NCBI RefSeq assembly: GCF_036971445.1
Contig: NC_091477.1
Location: 7,378,001 to 7,442,000, forward strand
Source: Narcine bancroftii
Taxonomy: Eukaryota
Direction of reading: 5' to 3'
DNA length: 64,000 bases
The translations under genes were made by a program, and so were the position numbers. Of this stretch, positions 24,575 to 36,363 are shown piece by piece. The notes beneath the pieces are model-generated. The model was not told the origin of the DNA. It did no database searches and worked only from the letters and a program-made list of their open reading frames with translations. Position 1 is the first letter of the stretch, and each line of letters starts with the position of its first letter.

Positions 24575-25245
24575 CTCCAGAAGGTTGTGAACTCAGCCAG
24601 CGCCATCACGGACACCAGTCTTCACTCCATCACGGACACCAGTCTTCACTCCATCACGGACACCAGTCTTCACTCCATCACGGACACCAGTCTTCACTCC
24701 ATCACAGTCACCACTCCATCACGGACACCAGACTTCACTCCATCAAGGACACCAGTCTTTATTCCATCACGGATACCAGTCTTCACTCCATCAAGGACAC
24801 CAGTCTTCACTCCATCAGAGAAACCAGACTTCATTTCATCAAGGACACCAGTCTTTACTCCATCACGGACTCCAGTCTTCACTCCATCACGGACTCCAGT
24901 CTTCACTCCATCAAGGACATCAGTCTTCACTCCATTAAGGACATCTATAAGAGGTGGTGTCTCAAGAAAGCAGCCTCTATCCTCATCACCCAGGCCATGC
25001 CTTCGTTTCACTGCTACCATCAGGAAGGAGGTACAGGAGCTTGAAGATGCACACCCAACATTACAAAAGCAGCTTCTTCCCCTCTTAGATTTCTGAACCT
25101 TTTTTTTCATTTGTGCACCAATTATTTTTTAAATCTTGTATTTACAGGACTGTAATTTATAACACTTTGCTGTCTGTAATGCACAATTCTGCTGCCGCAG
25201 AACAACAAATTTTGCGATGGTTGTTCATGACAATAAATTCTGACC
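24575..25245 (+). mobile_element. Rex1/Babar LINE 3' fragment hosting the minisatellite
   Basis: cagaaggttgtgaactcagcc before the array; cacccaggccatgcc..ctgctaccatcaggaaggaggtacaggagc and tgacaataaattctga tail after it. Confidence 0.8.
24603..24945 (+). repeat. 24-bp minisatellite (~14 units, ccatcacggacaccagtcttcact) inside a Rex1 LINE
   Basis: Exact repeats at the 5' side, diverged at the 3' side; translates (HSITDTSL)n and runs into Rex1 DIYKRWCLKKAASI. Confidence 0.92.
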
Positions 25246-26178
25246 TAATTTTCATATCAGTGTGAGTTTATTGTCATATACATACGTACCACAAACAGAT
25301 GCGCCAAGATGATTTCCTTGCCCGTTTTCTGGTGCACTGTGCTACTCCTCCACTCCCCTGGAGTCTTCAACCCCTTGTAGCTGCTGCCGATCAGAGGCGC
25401 CGCCATCTTGGGCGCAGACCCCGTGGTCGTGGGATTTTAAATAAAGCTACTGTAAGCTCTTTTAACGGGCCATTCAAAGTCTGTATGGAGCTGACAGCAG
25501 TTGACTAGGCGGTTGGACCCCACAGGAGCGCTGTATCTCCGCTGCTCGCACCCTGCAGGTCCACACCAGAGGAAAGTACGAACATAACAGCGGTTCCAGC
25601 AGTACTGCTAATTTTATACAAGCCGAGCTTGAGAATATTCAGAAGATGAATGCAATGGCTTTCATCTTTAAAACATAAAACATAGTCGATGTTTCCATAA
25701 CCCTACCCTTACCATTAAGGTGTTCCCATTACCTACCTCCATCCCTACCTTGGGCGATGTGCAAAACGGGAGACTGACACAGACGCTACTTTTTTCCCAC
25801 CTTTTCCTTCCTGGGTTTGATTCCAGGTATGAGGTACTTTTGCATCACACATACACAACACTTAATGTCAGTCATTTGGCCAGGAGAGAGGGAACAGGAT
25901 GTGTGGCAGGTCGTGGAATGCTAAAATTAGGGAGTGAGTGACAGAGTGTGACTGGCAGAGAAGACCTGCCAGGCACAACCTGCCCCATCTTTGGAAGGAT
26001 CTATAACCTATCAGTGACAGAATCCACTGAATTGGATTATCCTTTATCAATGTCTTCTGAAACGTTGTCTGACCATTTCTGCCCATTGATGCTGCCCAGC
26101 CTGCTGAGTTCCAACTTGTTGCCCCAAGAATGCAGCATCCATAGCTTTTGTGACAATGAGAGGGAGGGGTGTTCTTTC

Positions 26179-26180
<2 letters not shown>

Positions 26181-26222
<42 letters not shown>

Positions 26223-26269
26223 CATGTCTATATGTGCGTGTCTATTTGTATGTGTGTACATGTGTACAT
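26181..26269. repeat. (TG)n microsatellite and TG/TA-rich tract (continues at 27150-27231)
   Basis: Direct reading. Confidence 0.95.
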
Positions 26270-27150
26270 GTCCTCCATCAGCCAGCTCCCCACCATGACT
26301 ACCAGCCCCCCCACATCTCCATCGGGCACACAAAACTCAAAACGGTCAACCAGTTTACCTATCTCGGCTGCACCATTTCATCAGATGCAAGGATCGACAA
26401 TGAGATAGACAACAGACTCGCCAAGGCAAATAGCGCCTTTGGAAGACTACACAAAAGAGTCTGGAAAAACAACCAACTGAAAAACCTCACAAAGATAAGC
26501 GTATACAGAGCCGTTGTCATACCCACACTCCTGTTCGGCTCCGAATCATGGGTCCTCTACCGGCACCACCTACGGCTCCTAGAACGCTTCCACCAGCGTT
26601 GTCTCCGCTCCATCCTCAACATCCATTGGAGCGCTCACACCCCTAACGTCGAGGTACTCGAGATGGCAGAGGTCGACAGCATCGAGTCCACGCTGCTGAA
26701 GATCCAGCTGCGCTGGATGGGTCACGTCTCCAGAATGGAGGACCATCGCCTTCCCAAGATCGTATTATATGGCGAGCTCTCCACTGGCCACCGTGACAGA
26801 GGTGCACCAAAGAAAAGGTACAAGGACTGCCTAAAGAAATCTCTTGGTGCCTGCCACATTGACCACCGCCAGTGGGCTGATAACGCCTCAAACCGTGCAT
26901 CTTGGCGCCTCACAGTTTGGCGGGCAGCAGCCTCCTTTGAAGAAGACCGCAGAGCCCACCTCACTGACAAAAGGCAAAGGAGGAAAAACCCAACACCCAA
27001 CCCCAACCAACCAATTTTCCCTTGCAACCGCTGCAATCGTGTCTGCCTGTCCCGCATCGGACTGGTCAGCCACAAACGAGCCTGCAGCTGACGTGGACTT
27101 TTTACCCCCTCCATAAATCTTCGTCCGTGAAGCCAAGCCAAAGAAAAGAA
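26270..27150 (+). mobile_element. RTE-clade (BovB-like) LINE, 5'-truncated, young; uninterrupted ORF to 27091
   Basis: VNQFTYLGCTIS..IDNEIDNRLAKANSAFGRL..TKISVYRAVVIPTLLFGSESW..LRWMGHVSRMEDHRLPKIVLYGEL..RDRGAPKKRYKD, C-terminal CxxC..H..C finger, and gccaagccaaagaaaagaa tail. Confidence 0.93.
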
Positions 27151-27195
27151 CATGTGTATGCATATATACATGTCTGTCACTGTGGGTCTGTGTGT

Positions 27196-27233
<38 letters not shown>

Positions 27234-27929
27234 GAAACAAGCAGATGATGTGGATGAGAGAGACACAGACAGACATTGCTAAATTCCAGAGATTCCAGGT
27301 GTCCATAACTTTCTGTGGATTGAACAACACAGACAAAGGATTTTAACACAACCAACCAGATTAGCAGAGACACATTTGCAGCTAATTAAATTGTGTCCTG
27401 TCAGCTCATTACTCCATGACCTCCCTTCACTCTCCTGCGGAACAATGCACCCAGTCACTGACCAACTCCTGCTCCCCCCCTCCCCCTCCCCCTCCCACAC
27501 TTCCAGCCCACAAAGCAAACTAAAGTGCCAGAAAACCAAATCAATAAGGTGGTGCCACAAAGAATTTCCATACCTTCAGTCACAGAGGCAACTAATTAAG
27601 GCAGAAGCCAAGTTAACAGTAAAGACCAAGTGGTAGATAAAAGGGTATAAAATTCACTCTTATGGAACAATCAGCCTTCAATCTTATGTTTTTAACACCA
27701 GTGTCTTCCAACTAAAGCCAAATGTAAAAACACAAAAACCAGCCAATTAAAGCCCTATGTCACTAATCTGCTCCTCTCTTTTTCCTTGGAGAGAGAGAAA
27801 AGTGATATAGGAGTAAGTAGAGATGGGGTCAGTGGAATCTTATTAGGGGCAAAATATCACCCAGAATTAGAAAAGTCAATGTTCTTGTCGTTAGATTTAA
27901 GGCTGGAGTGGACCATGAAAGTTTGCCAG

Positions 27930-28050
27930 ACGCTGTGATTTTAGTAAAAACAGAACTGCTGGAGGAACTCAGCTGGTATCACAGCATCCATGGGAGGTAA
28001 AGATATACTGCATCACTAACGTTTTGGGCCTGAGCCCTTACTCAAGGTTT
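27930..28050 (-). mobile_element. Penelope-derived short element with hammerhead-like core
   Basis: Reverse complement accttgagtaagggctcaggcccaaaacgttagt. Confidence 0.6.
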
Positions 28051-28287
28051 GTGGGTGCCCGAGGGATATGATGTGTCGCCCCTGTTTATGACCATGGTTA
28101 TTGCAGTTCAAATAATCATATTTTGTCCTCAAAACACATTTAGTGGAAACATCCTTGTGATGAATTCCCTCTTGAGGATGGCCACACCAGTGCCTTGAGA
28201 ACATGCCACAGGAAATCCAGCACAATGAGCCTCACTCTGTGCTATTGTAACTATCCAGAGCAGAGACAATAGTCCCATTCACACAGT

Positions 28288-28702
28288 AGCCTCTTTTAAA
28301 CTGCAGCACCTGGGTGGCCCTCCTGGGACCCCGAGTGATGACTGGGACAAAGGTGCTGGAAGCTCCTTTTAAATTGCAGGGGGATCTACCCAATAAATCA
28401 CCAACCCAGCAATTTAAGGGGATTCCCACCCCCTGCAATGATTCGTCATGCACTCACTGGAAGTACTGACGGATGTTCAGATGCCAGCTGCCCAGTGATG
28501 TGCGCACGCAAACACTGACGTCACCGGAATAAGTGGGTCGTCCATTTTCCTGTTCAAATCGCCTATAGATGCAACCTAGATACGTTTAACTGGGTTCCCT
28601 GACTACCTCTGAGGTAGGTCAGGGGCCCAGTTGGATTCCGACGGGATTGACCGGGTCTGACTGGGGCGCTAACCCCATTTTTCACGGCAGTTTGGAAAGG
28701 GC
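28288..28702. mobile_element. Harbinger-like MITE (family also at 29690-29960, 47773-48220, 58305-58590)
   Basis: Termini agcctcttttaaactgc / gcagtttggaaagggcc; the interior matches the other copies in reverse complement. Confidence 0.6.
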
Positions 28703-29974
28703 CTTCTGGCCCTTTAACCCGGTAGTTAACCACCAATCTAAGGTTTAACACGCCAGAGTGAACACTCATGAATCCGCACGCAGGCGTCAGATCACCCCCA
28801 GGGATAAACCACCTAGGGAGGTTACCGACTCGTTTTGAATTGGCATACAGGTTAGGCCAATGTGAAAGGGTCAGGGGATGTGCAGGATGTCACCGCTGCA
28901 GGATAGGCACCCCTATGCTCTGGCATCCCGACTGATGAGTGTGAAAGTGTGCAGAGAACCAGTGTGAATGTTAAATACACAATTTTCAATCGTTTCATTG
29001 AACCGCCAATTTACCGGTTAGTGAATGTGAACAGGACTAACGTTATTGATTCCAACTTCCCCATCTCCATTGCTCAATATGAAGGTGTCAATTTCTGGTG
29101 TGGTCATGACCATGTCATGAAATTGGTTGCTTTGTGGCAGCTCGACAGTGCATAAATTACACTTAAAATATACGTTGGTGCAAAAGAAGAGGAAGTGAGG
29201 TCGTGTCCGTGGTTTGCTGTCCATTCAGAAATCTGATGGCAGAGGGGAAGAAGCTGTGCTTGTCTGCAGGCTCCTATACCTCCTCTCTGAAGCTAGCAGT
29301 GTACATTGAAGAGTAGCTGCATTGAAGAGTAGCTGCATTGAAGATTAGCTGCATTGAGGGCAAAGTTCAGAATGCTGTAGGTTCAAATCCCACTCGATAA
29401 ATAGCAGCAAAGAAATCATGAGCAATGATAATGGAGTGCTTTCTTATCAAAGATTCCATCTTCTGGTTGAGAGATTGTTAATCTTCTTCCTAACTTGTTC
29501 CTCCAGTCACTCCTGTTTAATGATCAAGCATATTCTGTTCAGTGGACATAAAGGATCACAAAGCACTCTCTTGAATACAGCAGGAGAATATTCTACTGGT
29601 GTTCACCTAGTACTTCTCCCTCAGTCAATTCAAATTGCCTCGTAAAATGGGTTAACCTAACCATTTACTGGTTGAAAACCCAAGTACATTTGAAAGGGCC
29701 AAACTGGGCAAGCCCAATCAAAATCTACCCCAGTCCCAGACCTACCTCGGAGGTGGTCAGGGAACCCAGTAAAACTTACTTGGGTGTCCTCCTCTGCATA
29801 TTTGAACGGGGAAATGGCTCACCCAGTTACTCTGGAACTTCAAACAGAAAGAAGACAGCAAACAGGTGATTCCCTGCGGCTGTGTGATGTGTCACTCACC
29901 ATGTCATCACAGGGGCGGGATCCCCCTTAAATTGCGGGGTTGGCAATTTAACAGGTAGGTTAGATGTATTGAAA

Positions 29975-32075
29975 TCGTCATCTTATAAACCCACATTACT
30001 GAATTCGGACTATAAGATTATTGCCAAAGCCAAAGTATTTGCCAAAATTAACTAATGCAGACCAAACTGCCTTTGTGCAAAAGAGATGATCTGCAGATAA
30101 TGTAAGCAGATTGCTCAGTGTAATTCATCTGGTACAAGCAAGAGATGATTTGAATGTCACTGAAGCCTTTGATGTGGAAAAAGCCTTCGACAGACTGGAA
30201 TGGGATTTTCTATTTGAGGTGCTGGAAGAATTTTGGATAGGGCAAACATGTATAAATTGAATTAAAGCTCTATATTCTGAGCCTAAAGACAAAGTGATCA
30301 CTAACGGGCAAATTTCATCACTCTCCCATTATCCAGATCCAGTACACAGGGCTGTCCATTATCTCCAGCTCTCTTTATCCTTACTACTGAGCCATTAGCA
30401 GAATCTATCTGAGGAGATCCAGACATAAAAGGATTCAGGATCAATCAGGAAGAACATGAGATTAAATTATTTGCTGTTGAAGTACTGATATTTCTGACAT
30501 TACCACATTACAAAATCTGCAATCTAAATGGAGAATTATGGGATAGTTTTGGGCTATAAAGTCAATTGGGATGAAAGCAAAATTATGCCACTTACAGGAG
30601 GGAATTATAATCAAATTCAGAGAAATTCACAATTTAAATGGTCACTAAATAGTATAAAATCTTTAGGGATAAAGATAGATAGTAACTTACAGAATTTATA
30701 TAAGTTGAACTGTATTCCTTTGCTTAAGAGAATTGAGGAAGACCTTGGTAAATAAATGACTTTCCCAATAACTCTTGTTGGCAGGGTCAATTGCATAAAA
30801 ATGAATGTGTCACCAAGAGCCCAATACCTCTTCCAGACATTACCGATTCCATTACCTCAGAAGTTTTTTCAAGGCTTAAGCAAAAGCATTAGGAAATTCC
30901 TCTGAAAGGGTAAGCCACAAAGTTTCTTTTGATAAGTTATCATAGGATTAACAATGGACGATAAAATCCTAGACAACTCGTCCCAAAAAGGGATCAAAAC
31001 GTATCGAGGATTGTTGTGAGCAGGGACAATTAATGTCATTTGATCAATTAAAAACCAAATATGGTGTAACTAATAATACTTTCTTCTGCTATTTTCAATT
31101 AAGATCTCATTTAAAGATAAATTGGGCCCTATGATGACCTTATCATAGTGCAGAGGTAAGGTTCAAAAGGGGACTACAAAGAAATGTATTCAAAAGCATA
31201 TTTCCTACTTCAAATGGGTACCCCGAAACAAGGGTTACATAAATCTAGATAAAGCTGGTCTGACTTATTTCGGGACAGCATGACCAATACTATTAACAAA
31301 AGGTATAGATAGGTGCAATGTAATTTCTTGCCCAACTACATCTTATGCCGCAAAAATTACACAAATTAGAATCAGAAATATCAGATCAATGTTTAAGATG
31401 TGGCAAAAAAGCAGGAACCTTTTTGCATTCAAACTGGTCATATTCCAAGGTAAGGCCTTTCTGGGAAGATTTGGGAAATCAGAACAAATCACTAAGATTC
31501 GATTTATACAGATACTGGAAATGTTTATATTGGGAAATACAGCAGATGTAAGGCCTGAAATTAGGCTGTCGAAGCACTAATTTAAAATTGTAAAGATCGC
31601 ATTGGCAGTGACCAGGAAATGTATAGCAGTTACCTGGAAATCTGATTCCCATCTAGATATGACTCTTTTGAAAAAGCAGAAATACATTCCCCTGGAGAAA
31701 AAAAAATCTTTTAACAGGAAAAAATACATTGTTTTTCTAAAAGTTAGAGTCCATATCTTCAACATGTAGGTGTAGATTCTTAACAATGCCTCCCTCCCCT
31801 ACCCTCAATCCCCTGCATCCATATCCCCTTGGCAGGAGATTGATGAATCCAATGAAACCATTTTCTTTTTATTATTTTCTTTTTTCATCTCTTTTTCTTT
31901 TCTCTCTTCAATTCTATTGATTATTTATCTCTTACTTTTACCCCTGGATGGATGGAAGGGGGGAGGGTTAGGGCTTGTTCATCTTTTTTCTTGTTTTCTT
32001 TTTATCATTGATGAATTTTATGTTGTCATATTGATTTGAAAATTTCATTTTGATTTTTCATATTGATAAAAAAAT
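29975..32075 (+). mobile_element. L1-clade LINE, 5'-truncated and degenerate (RT, C-terminal zinc knuckle, 3' UTR)
   Basis: LLNSDYKIIAK, DQTAFV, FDVEKAFDRLEWDFLF, QGCPLSPALF..EPLA, GYKVNWDESKIMPL and CLRCGKKAGTFLHSNW..KVRPFWEDL, with many stops and frameshifts. Confidence 0.9.
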
Positions 32076-32227
32076 CCTTTCTAAATCTCCTCCTGTTTAC
32101 TTAAATTCTTTCTAGCTGTTGAACCACCAAATATGTCATGTGGCAACTCTTTCCTATTCCTTCTCAGTACACATGACAATAATATATAAAAGACCACACT
32201 CAGAAGCTGCTGTGTTGGCCCCTCCAT

Positions 32228-32705
32228 TCCATAGAACAATGCAGCAGAGAAAACAGGCCCTTTGGCCCTTCTAGTTTGTGCCAAACTATTATTTGGCCTG
32301 CTCCCACACACCTGCACCCAGTCCATAGCCCTCTATACCCTTCTCACCCCTGTTCCGGTCTAAATTTTTCTGAAATATGAAAATTGAGCCCTCATTCACC
32401 ACTTCAGCTGGTTACTCGTTCCACACTCCCACCACTCTCTGGGTGAAGAAGTTCCCCCTAATGTTCCCCCTAAACTTTTCTCCTTTCATCTTTAACCCAT
32501 GTCCTCCAGTTTCCATCTCACCTAACCTCAGTGGAAAAGGTCTACTTGTATTTATCTACAGCCTTATAATTTGAAATGCCTCATCAAATCTCCCCTCATT
32601 CTTCTATGCGACAGGGAATAAACTCCCAACTTGTTTAACCTTACCCTCTAACTCATTTCCTGAAGTCTTGGCAACATGGTAGTAAATCTTCTCTGCACTC
32701 TTTCC
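32228..32705 (-). mobile_element. CR1 LINE 3' fragment
   Basis: catagaacaat.cagcagagaaaacaggccctttggccc...ccaccactctctgggtgaagaagttccccct...gtaaatcttctctgcactc. Confidence 0.8.
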
Positions 32706-33081
32706 TTTAGTTCCAAGGATGGATTGAAAAATGAAGAGTTCAGACAGTGTAATGGCACCAATGGCTTTATTTGTTGATTGCAATCAATGATGATCATAAA
32801 ATAGACCAAGAAAGAAAAAATAGAATTAAGTCACTGGCCAAAACAATAAAATTGCACGTGGTTGTGTTGGATCTGAACTCCAATTCTTTCCACACCCTGA
32901 TGCTATGAAAAATGTGTCCCCTGACTTTTGCTTGGTTTAATCAGCAAACTCCTTAACTGATCCTCACTCACAAAAGCTATTAGGGCAAGTCAAGAGTGTC
33001 CCAGAAACTTCAGGAATTGAAGAGATTTCTTCAAGTTGTGCATCTCTTCCTATGATTCCCCTACAAATGTACCTGCCTTAC

Positions 33082-33318
33082 CTGATAAATGAAGTGACTA
33101 TTGCAAAGGGAATGAACCCAAGGATGTTGTTAGTCGAAAAAGTTGGGTAAAAAAATGGCTTTTTAGTTGGTGGACTATGATGAGAGATGTTCAAATGTCC
33201 ATTGGTAGGAGACTGGATCTTAATCATGTTGTGGTGTTTTTCAGGAACATCGCCCAGTGTGGTGAATGTCACCATTTCCTCATGTTTCATGCTATTCGTA
33301 GAAGAAACAATGTCCCTT
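33082..33318 (-). CDS. Candidate internal coding exon (237 nt, phase 2-2), protein unidentified
   Basis: Acceptor ttgatattctcacag, donor CAG/gtaagg, open frame RDIVSSTNSMKHEEMVTF...NNILGFIPFAIVTSFI in non-repetitive DNA. No homology recognised. Confidence 0.3.
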
Positions 33319-34924
33319 CTGTGAGAATATCAAAAGATGTAAAGACATTACACATGGATGTCAATCCCTTGACACAATGTTATAAGGAAAAGAAGCACAG
33401 TGAGGCCATTCAATCCCTTTCAGCAAGATCATGGCTGACGTAAAGACTATTACTAGTTTACCTTAACACATTTGAAAGCTTCCAGCAGACAGATTAATGA
33501 GGTCAGCAGCAAAATTTATTATGCAAGGGCTGAAATGCCTGGGGCTTGGATAAGAAGCATTGAACCAATGGGAAGCCTGGAGAACAGGAATCTGGCTACG
33601 AGAGGGATAAGCGCATTCGAAAGTCAGAAAGGTCGCAGGGAGCCAGATGTGGTGGAAAGTAAATTTCAGCCTGAGAGACTGAAAATTCCAGATGGATTTG
33701 CATTGACAAAGCGCCTTTCACATCCCCTTCAGCAACTCCCAATGCACACTACAGTCAGCAAAGTACTCTTGAGGTATAGCCATTTAGCAGATGCAGCAGG
33801 CCGTTTCCAATTCAGCCAGCACACCCAAGCGCCAGTGCAATAACATGTACCTGTCTGTGGCCTGTGGAGCACTTTTCCCAGGACACATAGGATAACAACG
33901 GCTTTCATTTCATATACTGTTTGACATATTAATTGCATTATTAGCACAATATCTATTGAGTACGACATATTGGCATTCTCTTTCCTGTTGAATCATCTGT
34001 TATTATCGGTGTCGTCCATCACCTCCTCTATCTGACCATAACTAGACTACCCAGCTATAATCGATTGAGCATTCATAAATCTTAAATTGCATTTTAGAAT
34101 AAACTAACCCAAAGCAAGTGACATAGCTTCATCTGACACTTTTTATTTGATGGAGGATTCAAAAGATAACATCTCACAACATTCTTTTTGTTCTTCATCT
34201 TCCCCCACACTCCCCATCTGCGGTAAACACCTCTGATCCAGGAACTGTCACCATTAATAACAACTTGTATTTGTATCATTCCTCGAAAGATAGAAAACCA
34301 TTTCATAGGATCATTACCAGATGAAATTTGACACCCAGTCACACAAGGCATTATTAAGAAAGCTGCAGGTTTTTATCAAGAGCATTTAAAAAAAAATTAG
34401 ATGCATCAAAGTGTCCAACTTTACCACTCAGTCACTGATTAAATATCCAAAGCTTTATGTGCTGGAAGTAGAGAATTGGTCATGATCCAGAATACTGGAA
34501 TATAAAGGAATGGCTTTAATTTCATCGGTTCCGTGTGGATGGCAAGGAAAGTTAAACATGGCTGTACCTCTGCGCTGCTCAGCGGATCAATAGGTGGAAA
34601 GGAGTCAGTGATGGCTTCCTCTCCCTCCCTCTACAGGACATTTCAGACGATGAGCCAGCCAGGAGTAACTTCGAGAAGGAATGCCCCACCAAAATGGGTG
34701 CCAATCCATGGCTGATATGTACAAGGAATCCTAATTCCTGTGAGCATCCCTCAAACGTAAGGAGCCAAGATTTATCTTGGTGTGGTGTCTCAGATAAGGG
34801 GTTATATAGCATGGATACAGGACCTTTGGCCCAACTCATCCATACTGACCAGGATGACTTTTCTACACTAATCCCATTTGCCTGCATTTGGTTCTCATCC
34901 TTTTGATCTTTTTTTATCTCAACT

Positions 34925-35135
34925 GCTAGCGTAGCCATTCATGAAACGCTACTACACTGCCAGCAACCTGAGTTCCAATCCAGTGCTGTCTGTAAGGAGT
35001 TTGTATGTTCTCCCCGTGACCTGAGTAGGTTTCCTCCAGGTGCTCCAATTCCATCTCCCTCTCAAAAAGCATACACGGTTGGTAGGTTAATAGGGTGGCA
35101 TGGGTCAAAGGCAGGAAGCCCCGTTACTGTGCTGA
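34925..35135 (+). mobile_element. V-SINE
   Basis: gctgtctgtaaggagtttgtatgttctccccgtgacc...tttcctccaggtgctcc. Confidence 0.7.
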
Positions 35136-36284
35136 ATCATTAATTTTTTTTAAATTAATGTATTGTGTACATGTTCTTTACACATCGTGGTTGTATCCAT
35201 TTATATCATGTCCTCTAACAGTTAATTCTATATACCCAGCAAGCCTCAGATCCACTTTAAATCTTTCCTCTCTCACCGTAACCATATTTCCCCCACAAGC
35301 CCCCAGTTTTAGATGCCCTCAGTTGTGACAATTTACCTCATCTATGGCTCTCGTGATTTTATAATCTTCTGTATGGTCTTTCTCTATGGCCCCCTATGCT
35401 CCCAGGTAAACAATCACATCTTGTCCTTGTCACTCAACCCTTAACACTTCTGTGCATGTTTTAGTCTTACGGCATGGAAACCGGTTCACAAGCATGTCCG
35501 TGCCAAACAAAGTGTCCACGTGCTTTAGTACCTCACCCCATAGCTCTCTAATCCCCTCCCATCCTTGCCTTTCTTAAAGGAAGCTCATGTACCTGCCTCC
35601 TCTACTTAATCTGCTAGTTTGCTCCATTCTCAACCTTTATCTCATCATCCTTAGTATGGTGAACAACAGAACTGCTTATATTAACCCAAGTGCAGCCTGA
35701 CCAAGTACATGATTTGCTCAACTGTAACATGACATCCTAACTCCTACTGCACTTGCTTTCCTGCTTCACAGGCAAATCAGCCCCTATGCCAACTAAAGCA
35801 AGGATCTGATTTGAATGAAACCACAACCCTGCATTCCCAATCTTTTTATTTAAATTTACTCCTTCACAAGGCATGAGAAATTCTGCCAATCCCTAATTGT
35901 CATCGAGCTCGGGAGACAGTTAAAGATCAACCACCTAGACGTGTCTGGACTGCATTTAAGGGCGGACAAGGAATGTGTGGCTGATTTCCTTCAAAGATAC
36001 CGGGTACAACAATCCAAAAGTTTCAGACTGACTGAGTCCAGCTTTCTTGCCTTATTTCTAAATTCTATCGTGTGAATTAAAATTCTCCAGCTGTCATGGT
36101 GAGATTTAAAACCTTAGCCCAATGATCCACAACTCTGGTTCCTAGGCTGGTAACTTAACCAACCAAACAATGCATATGACCTGAGACCTTACCTCTGCCT
36201 CTTCCTTCTCAGATGCTGCCTGGCCTGCTGAGTGTTTGCAAAATCTTCTGAGTTTTTTTTTTACAGATTTTCAGCATCTTTGAA

Positions 36285-36363
36285 TTCTTTTTTTTTTGGC
36301 TTGGCTTCGCGGATGAAGATTTATGGAGGGGTAAAATGTCCACATCAGCTGCAGGCTCGTTTG
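36285..36363 (-). mobile_element. RTE LINE extreme 3' fragment (same family as 26270-27150)
   Basis: ttggcttggcttcgcggatgaagatttatggaggggtaaaa.gtccacatcagctgcaggctcgtttg is the reverse complement of 27073-27150. Confidence 0.9.

Noticed and set aside
24603-24945. CRISPR-like array or repeat-protein gene
   Set aside because: Units are contiguous with no unique spacers, derive from Rex1 sequence and have no cas genes nearby. The ORFs are a by-product of a stop-free 24-bp unit.
26150-27091. 313-aa host gene
   Set aside because: The N-terminus is translated (TG)n and the remainder is a 5'-truncated RTE ORF lacking the endonuclease and most of the RT.
29303-29356. Three copies of a 16-bp repeat (gcattgaagagtagct)
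   Set aside because: An ordinary slippage duplication with no spacers or associated features.
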